The position numbers and the translations under genes were made by a program. 64,000 nt of DNA from an uncultured bacterium. Lineage in GTDB: Bacteria; Krumholzibacteriota; Krumholzibacteriia; Krumholzibacteriales; Krumholzibacteriaceae. The stretch is taken from NCBI GenBank assembly GCA_965371515.1, contig CBDUYR010000001.1, positions 32,001-96,000 of the forward strand, given 5' to 3'. Of this stretch, positions 1 to 10,367 are shown in pieces (within the stretch, counting starts at the first letter, position 1; each line of letters opens with the position of its first letter). Under the pieces are notes generated by a model that was given only the letters and a program-made list of their open reading frames with translations, did no database searches and had not been told where the DNA came from.

Positions 1-1
1 G

Positions 2-970
2 CACGAGTACGCTGAGTTCGACCTCGGCCCTCAATATACCGTCTTTGCGTTCGAAGAGCAGTTCCCTCGTCGGCACCTCGAAGTTAACCTCGGTTCGGAT
101 CTTTCCATCGCCGCCGCTGAAAGATGTGACGTCGAAAACGACGGGGAGGAGGTCCTCGTCCATCTCGAACGAGTATATCGTCGGCTTCTCCTCGAGGTAC
201 TTGTAGAAGTTGTTTTTCGATTCACGGAGCTGGTCCTGCCTGACGACGTCCTCGAAGGACCTCGTCGCCAGCTGTGCTCTGATGTCGGGAGATGCGACAT
301 AATCGATATTATCGGGATTGAAGTTCTTCAGCGCCATCAACGCGGAGCCCTGGTCGAACTGCGCTTCCTCTGCGGGCATCAGTTTAGAATACTCGGCGAT
401 GGCCCTCATCTTGTCGAGCGTCTCACGGGCCGACATCGCCTGCGGCTCGATCGCGAATATGTGTATGCCGTTGAGGTTGAAGTCATGGAAGAGGATCGTC
501 ATGTCGAGCTTGTAGTAGTACCACATCTCGCCGGGAGGGAGCATCCTGTAGAAACCGATGTTTGCGGGGAAGCTCGACCGGATCCCCGGCCAGCCCCACC
601 TGATCAGACACTCTCCCCTTCTGTCCCAGCCCGGCGCCTTCTTCATGCCGAACGCGCTGCGGGCGATCCTGACGCGCAGCTCGTGCTCAATCCTGCGCTC
701 GTTCTCGTGTGTCGCCGGCGTAGGATCGTTCATCGCCCAGTAGCGTTCGAGCCACTCGTCGCGCTCCTCCCGTGTGGGCATGGAGAGGTAGTGGCGCTTC
801 TCATAGTTGTTCAGCGAGTAGCGAAGGCCGAAATAGGTGAGTCTCTCCTCCGGCTCGGTCTTCCTGAGGAGGTCGTTTTCTCCCTTGAAATCCTCGGCGT
901 GCAGTGCCGAACCGGCACAGTGTATGGCCAGGATTATCGTAAGGACTGTCATGATGGTTCTGCGAATCAT
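2..970 (-). CDS. GWxTD-domain exported protein (partial, runs off the left edge)
   Basis: Not in the ORF track. Hand translation from ATG 970 gives the signal peptide MIRRTIMTVLTIILAIHCAGSALHA, then WLERYWAMNDPTPATHENERRIEHELRVRIARSAFG...PGWDRRGECLIRWGWP, the DPTP..N / GW..DRG..IR.G.P pattern of GWxTD domains. Confidence 0.75.
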   Translation of the reverse strand, partial: MIRRTIMTVLTIILAIHCAGSALHAEDFKGENDLLRKTEPEERLTYFGLRYSLNNYEKRHYLSMPTREERDEWLERYWAMNDPTPATHENERRIEHELRVRIARSAFGMKKAPGWDRRGECLIRWGWPGIRSSFPANIGFYRMLPPGEMWYYYKLDMTILFHDFNLNGIHIFAIEPQAMSARETLDKMRAIAEYSKLMPAEEAQFDQGSALMALKNFNPDNIDYVASPDIRAQLATRSFEDVVRQDQLRESKNNFYKYLEEKPTIYSFEMDEDLLPVVFDVTSFSGGDGKIRTEVNFEVPTRELLFERKDGILRAEVELSVLV

Positions 971-1001
971 AATGTAATATAATTGATACATTGCTCGCCG
1001 C

Positions 1002-2081
1002 CTACCGATTTGCCCTGTAAAGGAGGATCGCCCCGACGGCGACGAAGATGATATTGCCGATCCAGGCGCCGATCAGTGGTTGGAGCACACCGCTGTGCCC
1101 GAGCGACTGGCCGACGCGGAGAACCCCGTAGTACAAGAAGCTTATCAGCAGCGTAAGGCCGAATCCCGTGGCCATCGACGGCTTTCTCTTGGCCGACGAC
1201 AGGGCTACGCCTATGATCGCGAAGATCAGGCTCGTAAAGGGGAAGCTGAACTTGAAGTGCAGGTCGACGAGGTACCTGTCGATCGATCCCCCGCCGCGCC
1301 TGATCTTGTCGATGTGTTTCCTCAGCTCGAAGAAACTCATCTCTTCCGGGTCGATCTCCTCCTTGGCGATGTCCTCGGGTTTTTCGGGCAGGTGGGGCAT
1401 CTCCATCCTCTTAAAAGGCATTACCGTCTCGCCCGTTTCATGGAAATCCCTGATCGCTCCATCCATGAACACCCATTTCGAGCCGTCCCAGAATGCCTTC
1501 TTCGCGTCGATGCGCCTGACGAGCTTCGAGTCGCTGTGCTCGTGAAGGGATACGTTCATCAGCACGCTGAGCTTTATGTCGTACCTCTCGGCATACCATG
1601 TCCTGTTTCCTTCGCCCTGGTAATGGAGGTTCTTCCTGTACTTGAAGCTGTCCTTTTTCCTGCTTCCCTCGATGTCGACCGTCATTATCTTCTCGGCCCT
1701 GCGGTTGGCGAAGGGGACTACGAACTCGCTGAACGCGAGCGAGGCCAGGCTGATTAAGAAGGCCGATATGAGGATCGGCCGGGCGACCCGCGTCAGCGGC
1801 ATCCCCGAGGCTATAAGGGCCGTGAGCTCGTTATCCCGGGATAGCCTTCCCAGCGTGAAAACTGTCGAGAGGAGGATCGAGATAGGCATCGTAAGAAGGA
1901 GTATCCAGGGAAGCTGGTAGAAATAATATGACGCTATATCCCGTGTGGTCGCCTTGTTGTCGTAGAAGTTGTCGGTCTCCTCGCTGAGATCGACGGTGAC
2001 ATAAATCACCGTGAAGGCAAGAAAGGCGAGGAGCAGGTTTCTCCAGAACCCTCCGAGTATGTAGCGGTCGTGGATCTTCAC
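1002..2081 (-). CDS. lptG: LPS export ABC transporter permease, LptG-like
   Basis: 359 aa. DRYI start, LSRDNELTALIASGMPL motif, 3 TM + periplasmic domain + 3 TM layout, adjacent to its paralog. Confidence 0.85.
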   Translation of the reverse strand: MKIHDRYILGGFWRNLLLAFLAFTVIYVTVDLSEETDNFYDNKATTRDIASYYFYQLPWILLLTMPISILLSTVFTLGRLSRDNELTALIASGMPLTRVARPILISAFLISLASLAFSEFVVPFANRRAEKIMTVDIEGSRKKDSFKYRKNLHYQGEGNRTWYAERYDIKLSVLMNVSLHEHSDSKLVRRIDAKKAFWDGSKWVFMDGAIRDFHETGETVMPFKRMEMPHLPEKPEDIAKEEIDPEEMSFFELRKHIDKIRRGGGSIDRYLVDLHFKFSFPFTSLIFAIIGVALSSAKRKPSMATGFGLTLLISFLYYGVLRVGQSLGHSGVLQPLIGAWIGNIIFVAVGAILLYRANR

Positions 2082-2127
2082 GGCTGGTATTTACCCCTGG
2101 ATAATGTCGAGGTTTCCGTCTGTCGGG

Positions 2128-3528
2128 TTACAATATACCCGCAGTTCCCTTCTTCCGCCAACGTTTTAAGAGGTTGAAGCGGGCCCAGTTTATCGTTTGC
2201 GCCTCGCGGACCGTGCTCCAGAGGAGCAGCCCGGCGGCAGCGAGCAGTATGATGTTGGGGAGCCACATGGCAAGCCACGGTTCGAGCAGTCTCCTGTCGG
2301 CAAGCTTCTCGCCCGTGATGAGAAATACATAGTAGATCAGGAAAAAGAAAATGGAAAAGGCGATCGACATCGTCATCCCCTTTTTCCCCGACCTGATAGC
2401 CAGGGGGGCGCCGAGCAGGACGAATATGATGCAGCTGAACGGTATCGAGTATTTTTTGTGGATCTCGACCTCGTACCTCGATGTCTGGCTCTCGAGGCCG
2501 GTGATCCGCCGGAGGATCGTCTCAAGCGCGTACATCTGCTGCTCGGCGGGATTTCTGGCGTTCTGCTGCGCGCGTCTTTCGGCACGGGATGTGGGTGTCT
2601 CCGGTCTCTTTGTTTCGTCGACTTCAAAGGCGTCGAAGGCCATCGCCTTCGAGAGGGTGCCGACAAGTTCCTTCTCGGCGCTGATGTGCATGTCACGCCT
2701 GTAGCTGACGATCTCCTTCTCGAGTTCGGCGACCTTCTCGCGCATCATCCGCGAGCTCATCTCGCGGTCGCCGCGGTACGAGCGCTGGGAGCGCTCGAGT
2801 CCCCGCTCTGTATCCCTTATGTTGATAATGAAGTTTTGGAAGAGAGTCTTCCGATAAGTAGAGATGTCGGAGGGGTCGGGCATCTCATGGATCTCGCCGT
2901 CCTCGAGCTCGAACCTCAGTACGTTCTCCGACTCGATGAACGACATCTTCCCCCTGTCGGCGACGATCGTCACGGGCACGGAGCCCTTCTTGGTGCGGAA
3001 GATCTGGACGTCCTTGATCCTGCCCGTCTTGTCGTCCTTCTCCCTGACGAGGATCGTGTATCCCTCGACGGCGGTGCTGAAGATGTTCTCCTTGATCTGC
3101 AGCGTCGGTTTCATCTTTCCGATGTCGAGCATCAGTGACATCAGGCGGTGGTTGCTCTCGGGAAGGATGTTGTTCTGATAGTAGACGAGGCCGGCGCCGA
3201 GGAAAACAGAGGCTATGATGACCGGAGTGATCATTCTGTAGAGGGAAATACCGGTCGATTTCATTGCCGTGATCTCGTTTTCTGAGGCGAACTGGCCGAA
3301 AGCCATGAGCGTTGCGGGCATCACGGACATTGGAATGATTAATGCGAACATATGGCCGAGACTGAGGATGAAAAACTCGAGAACGATGAAGAACCCAACC
3401 CCTTTGTCTATGAACATATCGAGATATCTGATGATGAAATCCATGACGAATATGAAGGTGATTATAATGAGGCTGAATAGATATGGAGGTAAATGAGTCT
3501 TTAGTATGTATCGATCAAGTGTAATCAT
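2128..3528 (-). CDS. lptF: LPS export ABC transporter permease, LptF-like
   Basis: 466 aa. TLDRYI, SENEITAMKSTGISL, EIHKKYSIPFSC and MWLPN motifs, with the long periplasmic insert seen in FCB-group LptF. Confidence 0.85.
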   Translation of the reverse strand: MITLDRYILKTHLPPYLFSLIIITFIFVMDFIIRYLDMFIDKGVGFFIVLEFFILSLGHMFALIIPMSVMPATLMAFGQFASENEITAMKSTGISLYRMITPVIIASVFLGAGLVYYQNNILPESNHRLMSLMLDIGKMKPTLQIKENIFSTAVEGYTILVREKDDKTGRIKDVQIFRTKKGSVPVTIVADRGKMSFIESENVLRFELEDGEIHEMPDPSDISTYRKTLFQNFIINIRDTERGLERSQRSYRGDREMSSRMMREKVAELEKEIVSYRRDMHISAEKELVGTLSKAMAFDAFEVDETKRPETPTSRAERRAQQNARNPAEQQMYALETILRRITGLESQTSRYEVEIHKKYSIPFSCIIFVLLGAPLAIRSGKKGMTMSIAFSIFFFLIYYVFLITGEKLADRRLLEPWLAMWLPNIILLAAAGLLLWSTVREAQTINWARFNLLKRWRKKGTAGIL

Positions 3529-3872
3529 AGCAATAAGTTAGTTTGTTACTAGGTCTTCCGGCGCGCCGCGGATCGTACCTTTCGGTCAGTTGCATCAATT
3601 ATTCCGGCGGCGCCGGCCGGGAGTGATGAAATAACGGATATCCGGCCTGTCCGCTCCCCTGGTCGCTTGATGAAAGAGGCCTCAAGGGGATTTCTGTACC
3701 TGTACCCTATAGTGGACAGGACAGGTGTGTTCTGTCCCCCGCGGGGGACATCGCCGCGCTCCATTCGAACCGGTAGCCAGCCGGGCCGACGGCGATTTCA
3801 TCGCCCGGTAATTTATCATATATCCGCGTGCGGATGACAGCCTATTCTGACCGCTTGCCCGGATGGTGGGTG

Positions 3873-6800
3873 ATGGTGCCCGGACCGAACAGAGCAAAGA
3901 ACCGAATAGAAAAGCTGCGGTGTGGCGCGTTTCCTGCGGTGCTGTTCCTGCTCTCTCTTGCCGTGCTGTCTCCACCAGCCGTGTCCCAGGCCCGTAATCC
4001 GGTCTTCCTGCTCGAAATAGACCTTCTCGAGATGTCGCGTCAGCTCGATGTCCGCTATCAGTGGGCCGAGACGGGGGTGCTGCCCCCGGATTATATACTC
4101 ATAGGCGACCCGGATGGTGCCGCTTTTTTATACCCGGCATTCCTCGAGACAAAGAAGGAGTTCAGGAAGACGTATACAGAATACGATCCGGTCTCAGGTC
4201 AGATCTACAGTTTCCAGGTCCCCGGCCACGAGAGATTCGTAAGGACCGAGGATCGCACGGGCGTCTACTTCTCCCAGACCGTCAGGCCGATGGATGTCGA
4301 GGGTATTGAGATCACGATACAGTCGATCGATTCCCGCTCGACCGTTCTGTGGCGGAACGGATCCCGGGAGGTCTGGGTAGATGATGTGAAGTATGCGCTG
4401 ACGACGAGGAAGGCAGCCCGCAAGGGCAGGGGCGGGCTGATAGACATCAACATCCCGATCTCCCTTCCCAAGCAGCTCGAGGCAGTCTTCGGACGAGGCG
4501 AGGAGACGAGACTGACCGTGTCGGGAAGGGAGAAGATCACGATCGGCGGCACGTCGCGCTGGTGTGCGAATTGCCCGCGGACAGAGGGAATGCCGCAGCA
4601 GCAGAAGTTTCCCGATCTGGAGATGGAGCAGCGGCTCACGGTCAACCTCCACGGCACGATCGGCGAGAAGGTCAACGTGGCTATCGATCATTCGAGCATG
4701 GGAGGGGGCGTGCCATCGACGAACAGGATCAGGCTGAACTACACCGGATTCGACGATGAGATCATCAAGCTGATCGAGATGGGCGATACCGACCTCACAC
4801 TCTCCGGCGCCCAGCTGATCAGCTTCTCCGGCCAGGCGAAGGGCCTGTTCGGGGTCAAGGGCGTCGCGCAGATCGGCCCCCTCGATCTGACCGTGATAGC
4901 GAGTAAGGAGGAGGGTGAGACCTCCTCGGGAAGCTTCTCGTCGTCGGGAGGCCGGAGCGACGATATCGCGATCAGCGACTACGCGTACATCAAGAGACAG
5001 TTCTTCTATCTCGAAACGCCAGGCGCCGATTTCCAGAATCCCGAGTTCGGGTTCGGGATTATCTACCCGGTGATCGGCGGTGAGAGCAGCGACAGCCTCG
5101 AGGTCTTCGTCTCCCTTCGCACCGATATCGAGTGGAACAGATACAGTCCGAAGTATTACGTCGAGGCGTGGACCGACCCGAACAACGACGGCGACCTGAG
5201 TGACGGGGAGAAATTCAACCAGTGGTTCTATCTGCTCACCGAGGGCAAAGATTACGATCTGATTCAGGATTACGGGAACGACAGCGCCACGCCGAAATAC
5301 ATGGGTATCAGGCTGAGGCAGCCCCTGGGAGAAGACAAGGCGCTGGCCGTAAGGTACAGGCTCGATCTCGGGTCGGAGATCGTCACCGTGGGTGATTACG
5401 GAAATTTCCCGATTTTACCTGATGATGTGAAAACCGCCCCCGATGAATCGCTGTGGATAACAACCGAGCTGATCTGCCCGCCAGAGGAGGATTTTTCTCC
5501 GCCTTCCAAGGAGGAAGCCAAATATACGTCGACCTGGAACATGATGTTCAGGAATGTCTACTCACTCGGCCTCAGCGGCATAGACGACGCTACCATCGAC
5601 GTGAAGATCAGGTCGGTCAGCACTATCATCGGTACGCCGGAGATCGACGATTACTCGAAGGAAAACTATCTGAGGATCTTCGGCCTCGATCGTTACAGGA
5701 CCACTGGAGACTGGGGCCATGATGGATACGTTGACATCAGGCAGGGTATCATCAACTTCTACAACGGTTACATCATGATGCCGTCACCGCAGCCGTTCAA
5801 CGTGTCAACAAACGAGCTGAGGAGGTGGTTCGGCGAGGGCGGTCCCCCTGATTACATGTTCAGCGATTCGGTCAGAACCTATGTCGACTCACTCAGCGCC
5901 CATCTTCAGAGGAACAGCAGGATATACGACGAAGTCCTCGACAGCAACAATCCCCAGCACTACTACGAGATCGTCATCAAGGCATCGAGCGGGAGCAGGG
6001 TGTTCAACCTCGGAGCCTTTGATATCCTCGATGGGACAGATGTTGTCATGGTCGATGGCGTGAAGCTCTCGAGGGGATTGGACTATGATATCGACCTCGT
6101 TGGTGGAGTGGTTACGCTCAAAGGGGACTACGGCAACCTGCCCCCCGATGCCAGGGTGACGATAGACTACCAGCACAAACCTCTCTTCGGCGGCGGGAAG
6201 AGCTCGCTGCTCGGTATCGGCGGCAATCTCTACCTTTCGGAGAACTCCAGGATCAACGCCACTTTTCTCTACAATTCCGTCGGAGCCCCGAAGTACAGGC
6301 CGAGGCTTGGCGATGAGCCTACGAGAAACATGGCCGCCGACATCAACGGATCTTTCCAGTTCCGCCCCGGCTGGATGACGTCGATGGCGAATATACTCCC
6401 GCTCGTCGATACTGACTCTCCCAGTAACCTGAGCCTTTCCGGCGAGGTGGCGATGAGTATTCCCAATCCCAATACGAAGGGAGAGGCGTTTGTCGACGAC
6501 ATGGAAGGAATCGAGGACAGCGACCAGATAAACCTCATCCGCGCCCAGTGGTTCGAGTCGAGCCCTCCGATCGATCCGGACGATCCCGGGAGCACCATGC
6601 CATCCTGGCCGCTGGGGATGGAGTTCTACTGGTACAATCCGGCTAACACCGACCAGCAGAAGTTCCTGACGACGAGCAAAAAGGATCTCAACCCGAAGCT
6701 CGATGACCGGGAGAACTCGAGGCAGACCTCGATGTTCATCAAGGCGATCGATCCGGATGTCAACCAGTGGGCGGGGATCATGACCGGATTCGCCGGCGGG

Positions 6801-9800
6801 ATCGATCTCTCTACGTCGCAATACATCGAGATATGGATCAACGATTTTACTGTGAATCAGCTGGACCGGCGGGGGATACTGCATATCGATTTCGGAAAGA
6901 TCGACGAGGATTTCCACCAGCCCGATCTGGATGAGTTCGACGTCGAAAACCTCATCAACTGGACGATCGAGGACGACATTGGATTTCCCGGCGACGACCC
7001 GAACAAGGTGTTTAACGGTGACTTCGAAGCGGACAAATGGGACGCTGAACGGGGTATCTACAGATGGATCAACTCGAGGATCGGCAACTCGAGGTCAGAC
7101 GGCGAGGACCTGAACAGGAACAGCCGCCTCGATGAGCGCAACGAGTACTTTTCCCTCGAGCTCGACCTTGCCGATACGGCGATCATCGACATTCAGAGGG
7201 ATTTCGAGGGGGTTACTACCTACTGGGAGGATCCGGAGAAGGGGTGGATCAACAGGAAGAAGAGCTGGAGGATGTACAGGCTCGATCTCTCCAGGGCGGA
7301 TACCATGGGCGGTGTGCCGCCGAGGCTCGACAAGATCTCCCACATGAGGATCTGGGTGGATGATATCGATCAGGTACAGGCGACCACCGAGACGGGACGG
7401 CCGGCGGAGCACATGGTGGAGGTCACCGGGATCAAGTTCGTCGGCAGCAGGTGGGAGTTCAATCATATAAGGGACCTTGCCGACAACGAGACGCCTGTTT
7501 CGCCTCCCGGCAAGGGCACGATCACCGAGATGAAAGTCAATCTCGGGACGATCAACAACAAGGACAATCCCTCGATATACGAGACTCCGTATCCACCTGA
7601 CGTGGAAGAGGGGATAGAGAACCGCGAACAGTCGCTTATCTACGCCGTCGAGAACTTCGAGACGGGGTATTCGTTCAAGTCTATGAAGCGGTTCTTCGGG
7701 ACGGGGGCGGATTTCAAGCAGTACAAGGAGATCAGCTTCTTCATCCGCCCGGACGACGAACTGGTAGGCGGCGTGACCGACGGGATGGAGTTCTACATGC
7801 AGATCGCATACGACAGCCTCAACTATTACGAGGTGGCCGTTCCCCTTAGCGAGGTGCATTCGAACAAATGGCAGTTGATCAATGTCCTGATGAGCGACCT
7901 GACAAACATTAAGATAGATGCCCTCCCGGGGGAGATCATAGAGAAAGAGATCTCCGACGTGGCCGATCCGTCGAAGAAATACATGGCAAAGCTCCGCGGT
8001 GACCCGACCCTGTTCAAGGTGAGATATCTCTTCGCCGGCATCAGGAACGATAGCGGAAGACGCATTGATCGCGGAACTCTGTGGTTCGATGACATCACGC
8101 TCGGATATGTTCGCAAAGACATAGATTTCGCCGAGAGACTCAGTGTCTCGGCCAACTTCGCCAGTATCCTGTCGTTCAACGCGAGCTACCAGAGGACCGG
8201 ACCGGAGTTCAGGTCCCTCAAGCAGAAGACGGGCAGCGGTACGACGAGCGACAACATTGCAATGTCGGGTAAGACCGAGGTCAATCATTTCATCCCGACC
8301 CTTGGTTTCAACATCCCCGTCACGGCGAGATACAGCAAGTCCGAGTCGAAGCCGAAGTATCTGACGCAGAGCGACGTCGAGATAGTCGACGAGTCGATCA
8401 GAAACGAACAGAAGACGTTAAGGAACAGCTACACATACAGCGTTTCGCTCAACAGGCGCGGTTCCAGGAATCCGGTCATGAAGCATGTGTTCGATAACCT
8501 CAAGGCGGGCGCCAGCTACTCGAAGAACCAGCTTGCGTCGCCGACCGCGATCGACACGTCGTGGTCGTACAGCTGGAGCACGAATTACCAGATCCAGTTC
8601 GGCAAGGACCGGAAGCTGACGCTTCCCATGGGAATGGGGCTGAGGTACTGGCTCACGAACTTCACCATGAACGCAGCCGGCTCGAAGTCACTGAAGAAGA
8701 CATACTCGTACAGCGGAGAGAGATATATCCAGAACCCGATCGGATTCTCGCACGGCTGGAACAACGAGATGTCGATGAGCTACGATCCGCTCGAATCGGT
8801 GAGAATCAACTTCCGCAGGAGCGAAAAGCGTAACATGATGAACTACCGCGAGCTCTACGGAATACCCATCGGAAGACTCTACAATTTCAGGCAGAGCTTC
8901 GAGATGCAGTATCAGCCGCGCGGACAAGTATGGTTGCTCTCGCAGTTCAATCCGAGGCTCGAGTATACCTCGCGATACGGCGAGGACCTCAATCCCAGCG
9001 TGAGAAAGACCGGCGATCCAAAGGATACCAGGAACGTCAGCAACGACAGGAAGATAAACATCGTCTTTGATGTCGATGTCGGCGGATACGCGATCGATTT
9101 CGGAAAATGGATCAGGGTACTCGGCGAGTATGAGGAGGGCAAGGCCGTTCCGGGATCTTCCGGCGCCTCGCTTGCCAGGCAGAAAGAGGATTTCCAGAAG
9201 ATACTTGAGGACAGGCTCAAGCCGACGCGGAGCGACAAGACGGTCGATACCGTGCTCGATAAGGAAAGGGCCGGGGAGAAACCGCCGGCACCCGGGCAAC
9301 CCCCGGTGGGGGAGGATGCCGGCGACCAGGAGGAGAAGAAAGGCGCCTTCTCCGACCTCATGGTGAGGAAGCCGCGGTCGGGCATCGACGGGCTGGCGCA
9401 GCCGAAACCGGAGGAAGAAAAGGTCGTCGAGGCGGATACCGTCGCGAAGCAGAGGGGCGAATCCTGGCGGCTAGTGAAGATGACTCTGAGATTCATCGGA
9501 AAGATCGACCCGATCAAGAGCTCGATCCGGATCGATGACAGAAGCAGTTACCAGCGTCTCTACGAGAGGGCCGACTGGATGTACCGCCTGGGATTCAACC
9601 GCGGATCGGGCGCGATCGGTTCCTCCTGCGATGGGGCGGACTGCGCGCCGGAGAACGAACCGTACAGGGCGTCGAAGAGGATCACGCTCGACCTCAGATC
9701 GGGGATCGACCTGACGTCCAGCCTCTCGGCCGACATACGTTTCAACATGGGGAGGAAGGCCGAAGAGGCTGACAGCAGGAAGACGGAGACAGAGGACATG

Positions 9801-10367
9801 ACCTGGCCCGACATCGCCCTGAACTGGAAAGGCCTCGAGAACTGGGGGCCGCTGAAGGGGCTTGTAAGGAGCAGCGTCTTCACGGTCAACTACATAAGGA
9901 AGACGTCGAAGAGCCTCAGTGTCGACAGGCAGGATTACGCTCTGAGCCCCAACTGGAGCCTTACGTGGAAGAACACCCTGTCGACAAACTTGTCGTTTTC
10001 CTACAGCAGGCAGACTAAGATCGAGAAGAAGCAGGAGATCTGGGACCGGACGTGGTCGGCGAACCTTGAACTGCGGTACGACATAAAGGGATCGAAGGGA
10101 TTCGGGCTGCCCATCCCGGGTCTGAGCGGCAAAAAGATCAAGTTTGAAAGTAATTTGACCACCGTGCTGAATCTGGGGTACAGTGCTACGGAGAGTTATA
10201 ATCTTCCGGCCTCGACCGTGATATCGGTCTCTCCGAGATTTACGTATATGTTCAGCCGGAGCATATCGGGGAGTCTGACGGCAAACTACAAGAGGATAGC
10301 CGGCGGCAGGTTCGGGTATATCAACCACGAGGTCGGGCTGCATGCGTCAGCGGAATTCAAGTTCTAG
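3873..10367 (+). CDS. sprA: SprA/Sov-like giant outer-membrane beta-barrel (T9SS translocon homolog)
   Basis: About 2165 aa (start uncertain; the ORF is open from 3828). Signal peptide; SprA-like segments GTIGEKVNV, YTGFDDEIIKLIEMG, GLFGVKG, GEVAMSIPNPNTKGEAFVDDMEG, LHIDFGKIDED, LWFDDI; C-terminal beta-strand ending in Phe (EFKF). Confidence 0.85.
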   Translation: MVPGPNRAKNRIEKLRCGAFPAVLFLLSLAVLSPPAVSQARNPVFLLEIDLLEMSRQLDVRYQWAETGVLPPDYILIGDPDGAAFLYPAFLETKKEFRKTYTEYDPVSGQIYSFQVPGHERFVRTEDRTGVYFSQTVRPMDVEGIEITIQSIDSRSTVLWRNGSREVWVDDVKYALTTRKAARKGRGGLIDINIPISLPKQLEAVFGRGEETRLTVSGREKITIGGTSRWCANCPRTEGMPQQQKFPDLEMEQRLTVNLHGTIGEKVNVAIDHSSMGGGVPSTNRIRLNYTGFDDEIIKLIEMGDTDLTLSGAQLISFSGQAKGLFGVKGVAQIGPLDLTVIASKEEGETSSGSFSSSGGRSDDIAISDYAYIKRQFFYLETPGADFQNPEFGFGIIYPVIGGESSDSLEVFVSLRTDIEWNRYSPKYYVEAWTDPNNDGDLSDGEKFNQWFYLLTEGKDYDLIQDYGNDSATPKYMGIRLRQPLGEDKALAVRYRLDLGSEIVTVGDYGNFPILPDDVKTAPDESLWITTELICPPEEDFSPPSKEEAKYTSTWNMMFRNVYSLGLSGIDDATIDVKIRSVSTIIGTPEIDDYSKENYLRIFGLDRYRTTGDWGHDGYVDIRQGIINFYNGYIMMPSPQPFNVSTNELRRWFGEGGPPDYMFSDSVRTYVDSLSAHLQRNSRIYDEVLDSNNPQHYYEIVIKASSGSRVFNLGAFDILDGTDVVMVDGVKLSRGLDYDIDLVGGVVTLKGDYGNLPPDARVTIDYQHKPLFGGGKSSLLGIGGNLYLSENSRINATFLYNSVGAPKYRPRLGDEPTRNMAADINGSFQFRPGWMTSMANILPLVDTDSPSNLSLSGEVAMSIPNPNTKGEAFVDDMEGIEDSDQINLIRAQWFESSPPIDPDDPGSTMPSWPLGMEFYWYNPANTDQQKFLTTSKKDLNPKLDDRENSRQTSMFIKAIDPDVNQWAGIMTGFAGGIDLSTSQYIEIWINDFTVNQLDRRGILHIDFGKIDEDFHQPDLDEFDVENLINWTIEDDIGFPGDDPNKVFNGDFEADKWDAERGIYRWINSRIGNSRSDGEDLNRNSRLDERNEYFSLELDLADTAIIDIQRDFEGVTTYWEDPEKGWINRKKSWRMYRLDLSRADTMGGVPPRLDKISHMRIWVDDIDQVQATTETGRPAEHMVEVTGIKFVGSRWEFNHIRDLADNETPVSPPGKGTITEMKVNLGTINNKDNPSIYETPYPPDVEEGIENREQSLIYAVENFETGYSFKSMKRFFGTGADFKQYKEISFFIRPDDELVGGVTDGMEFYMQIAYDSLNYYEVAVPLSEVHSNKWQLINVLMSDLTNIKIDALPGEIIEKEISDVADPSKKYMAKLRGDPTLFKVRYLFAGIRNDSGRRIDRGTLWFDDITLGYVRKDIDFAERLSVSANFASILSFNASYQRTGPEFRSLKQKTGSGTTSDNIAMSGKTEVNHFIPTLGFNIPVTARYSKSESKPKYLTQSDVEIVDESIRNEQKTLRNSYTYSVSLNRRGSRNPVMKHVFDNLKAGASYSKNQLASPTAIDTSWSYSWSTNYQIQFGKDRKLTLPMGMGLRYWLTNFTMNAAGSKSLKKTYSYSGERYIQNPIGFSHGWNNEMSMSYDPLESVRINFRRSEKRNMMNYRELYGIPIGRLYNFRQSFEMQYQPRGQVWLLSQFNPRLEYTSRYGEDLNPSVRKTGDPKDTRNVSNDRKINIVFDVDVGGYAIDFGKWIRVLGEYEEGKAVPGSSGASLARQKEDFQKILEDRLKPTRSDKTVDTVLDKERAGEKPPAPGQPPVGEDAGDQEEKKGAFSDLMVRKPRSGIDGLAQPKPEEEKVVEADTVAKQRGESWRLVKMTLRFIGKIDPIKSSIRIDDRSSYQRLYERADWMYRLGFNRGSGAIGSSCDGADCAPENEPYRASKRITLDLRSGIDLTSSLSADIRFNMGRKAEEADSRKTETEDMTWPDIALNWKGLENWGPLKGLVRSSVFTVNYIRKTSKSLSVDRQDYALSPNWSLTWKNTLSTNLSFSYSRQTKIEKKQEIWDRTWSANLELRYDIKGSKGFGLPIPGLSGKKIKFESNLTTVLNLGYSATESYNLPASTVISVSPRFTYMFSRSISGSLTANYKRIAGGRFGYINHEVGLHASAEFKF

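Noticed and set aside
461..982. 173-aa plus-strand ORF at the left edge
   Set aside because: It is antisense to the GWxTD gene, which has a signal peptide and family motifs.
3660..3690. TTGATGA...GAAA resembling a hammerhead ribozyme core
   Set aside because: Not CUGAUGA, and stem II and the cleavage-site geometry are missing.
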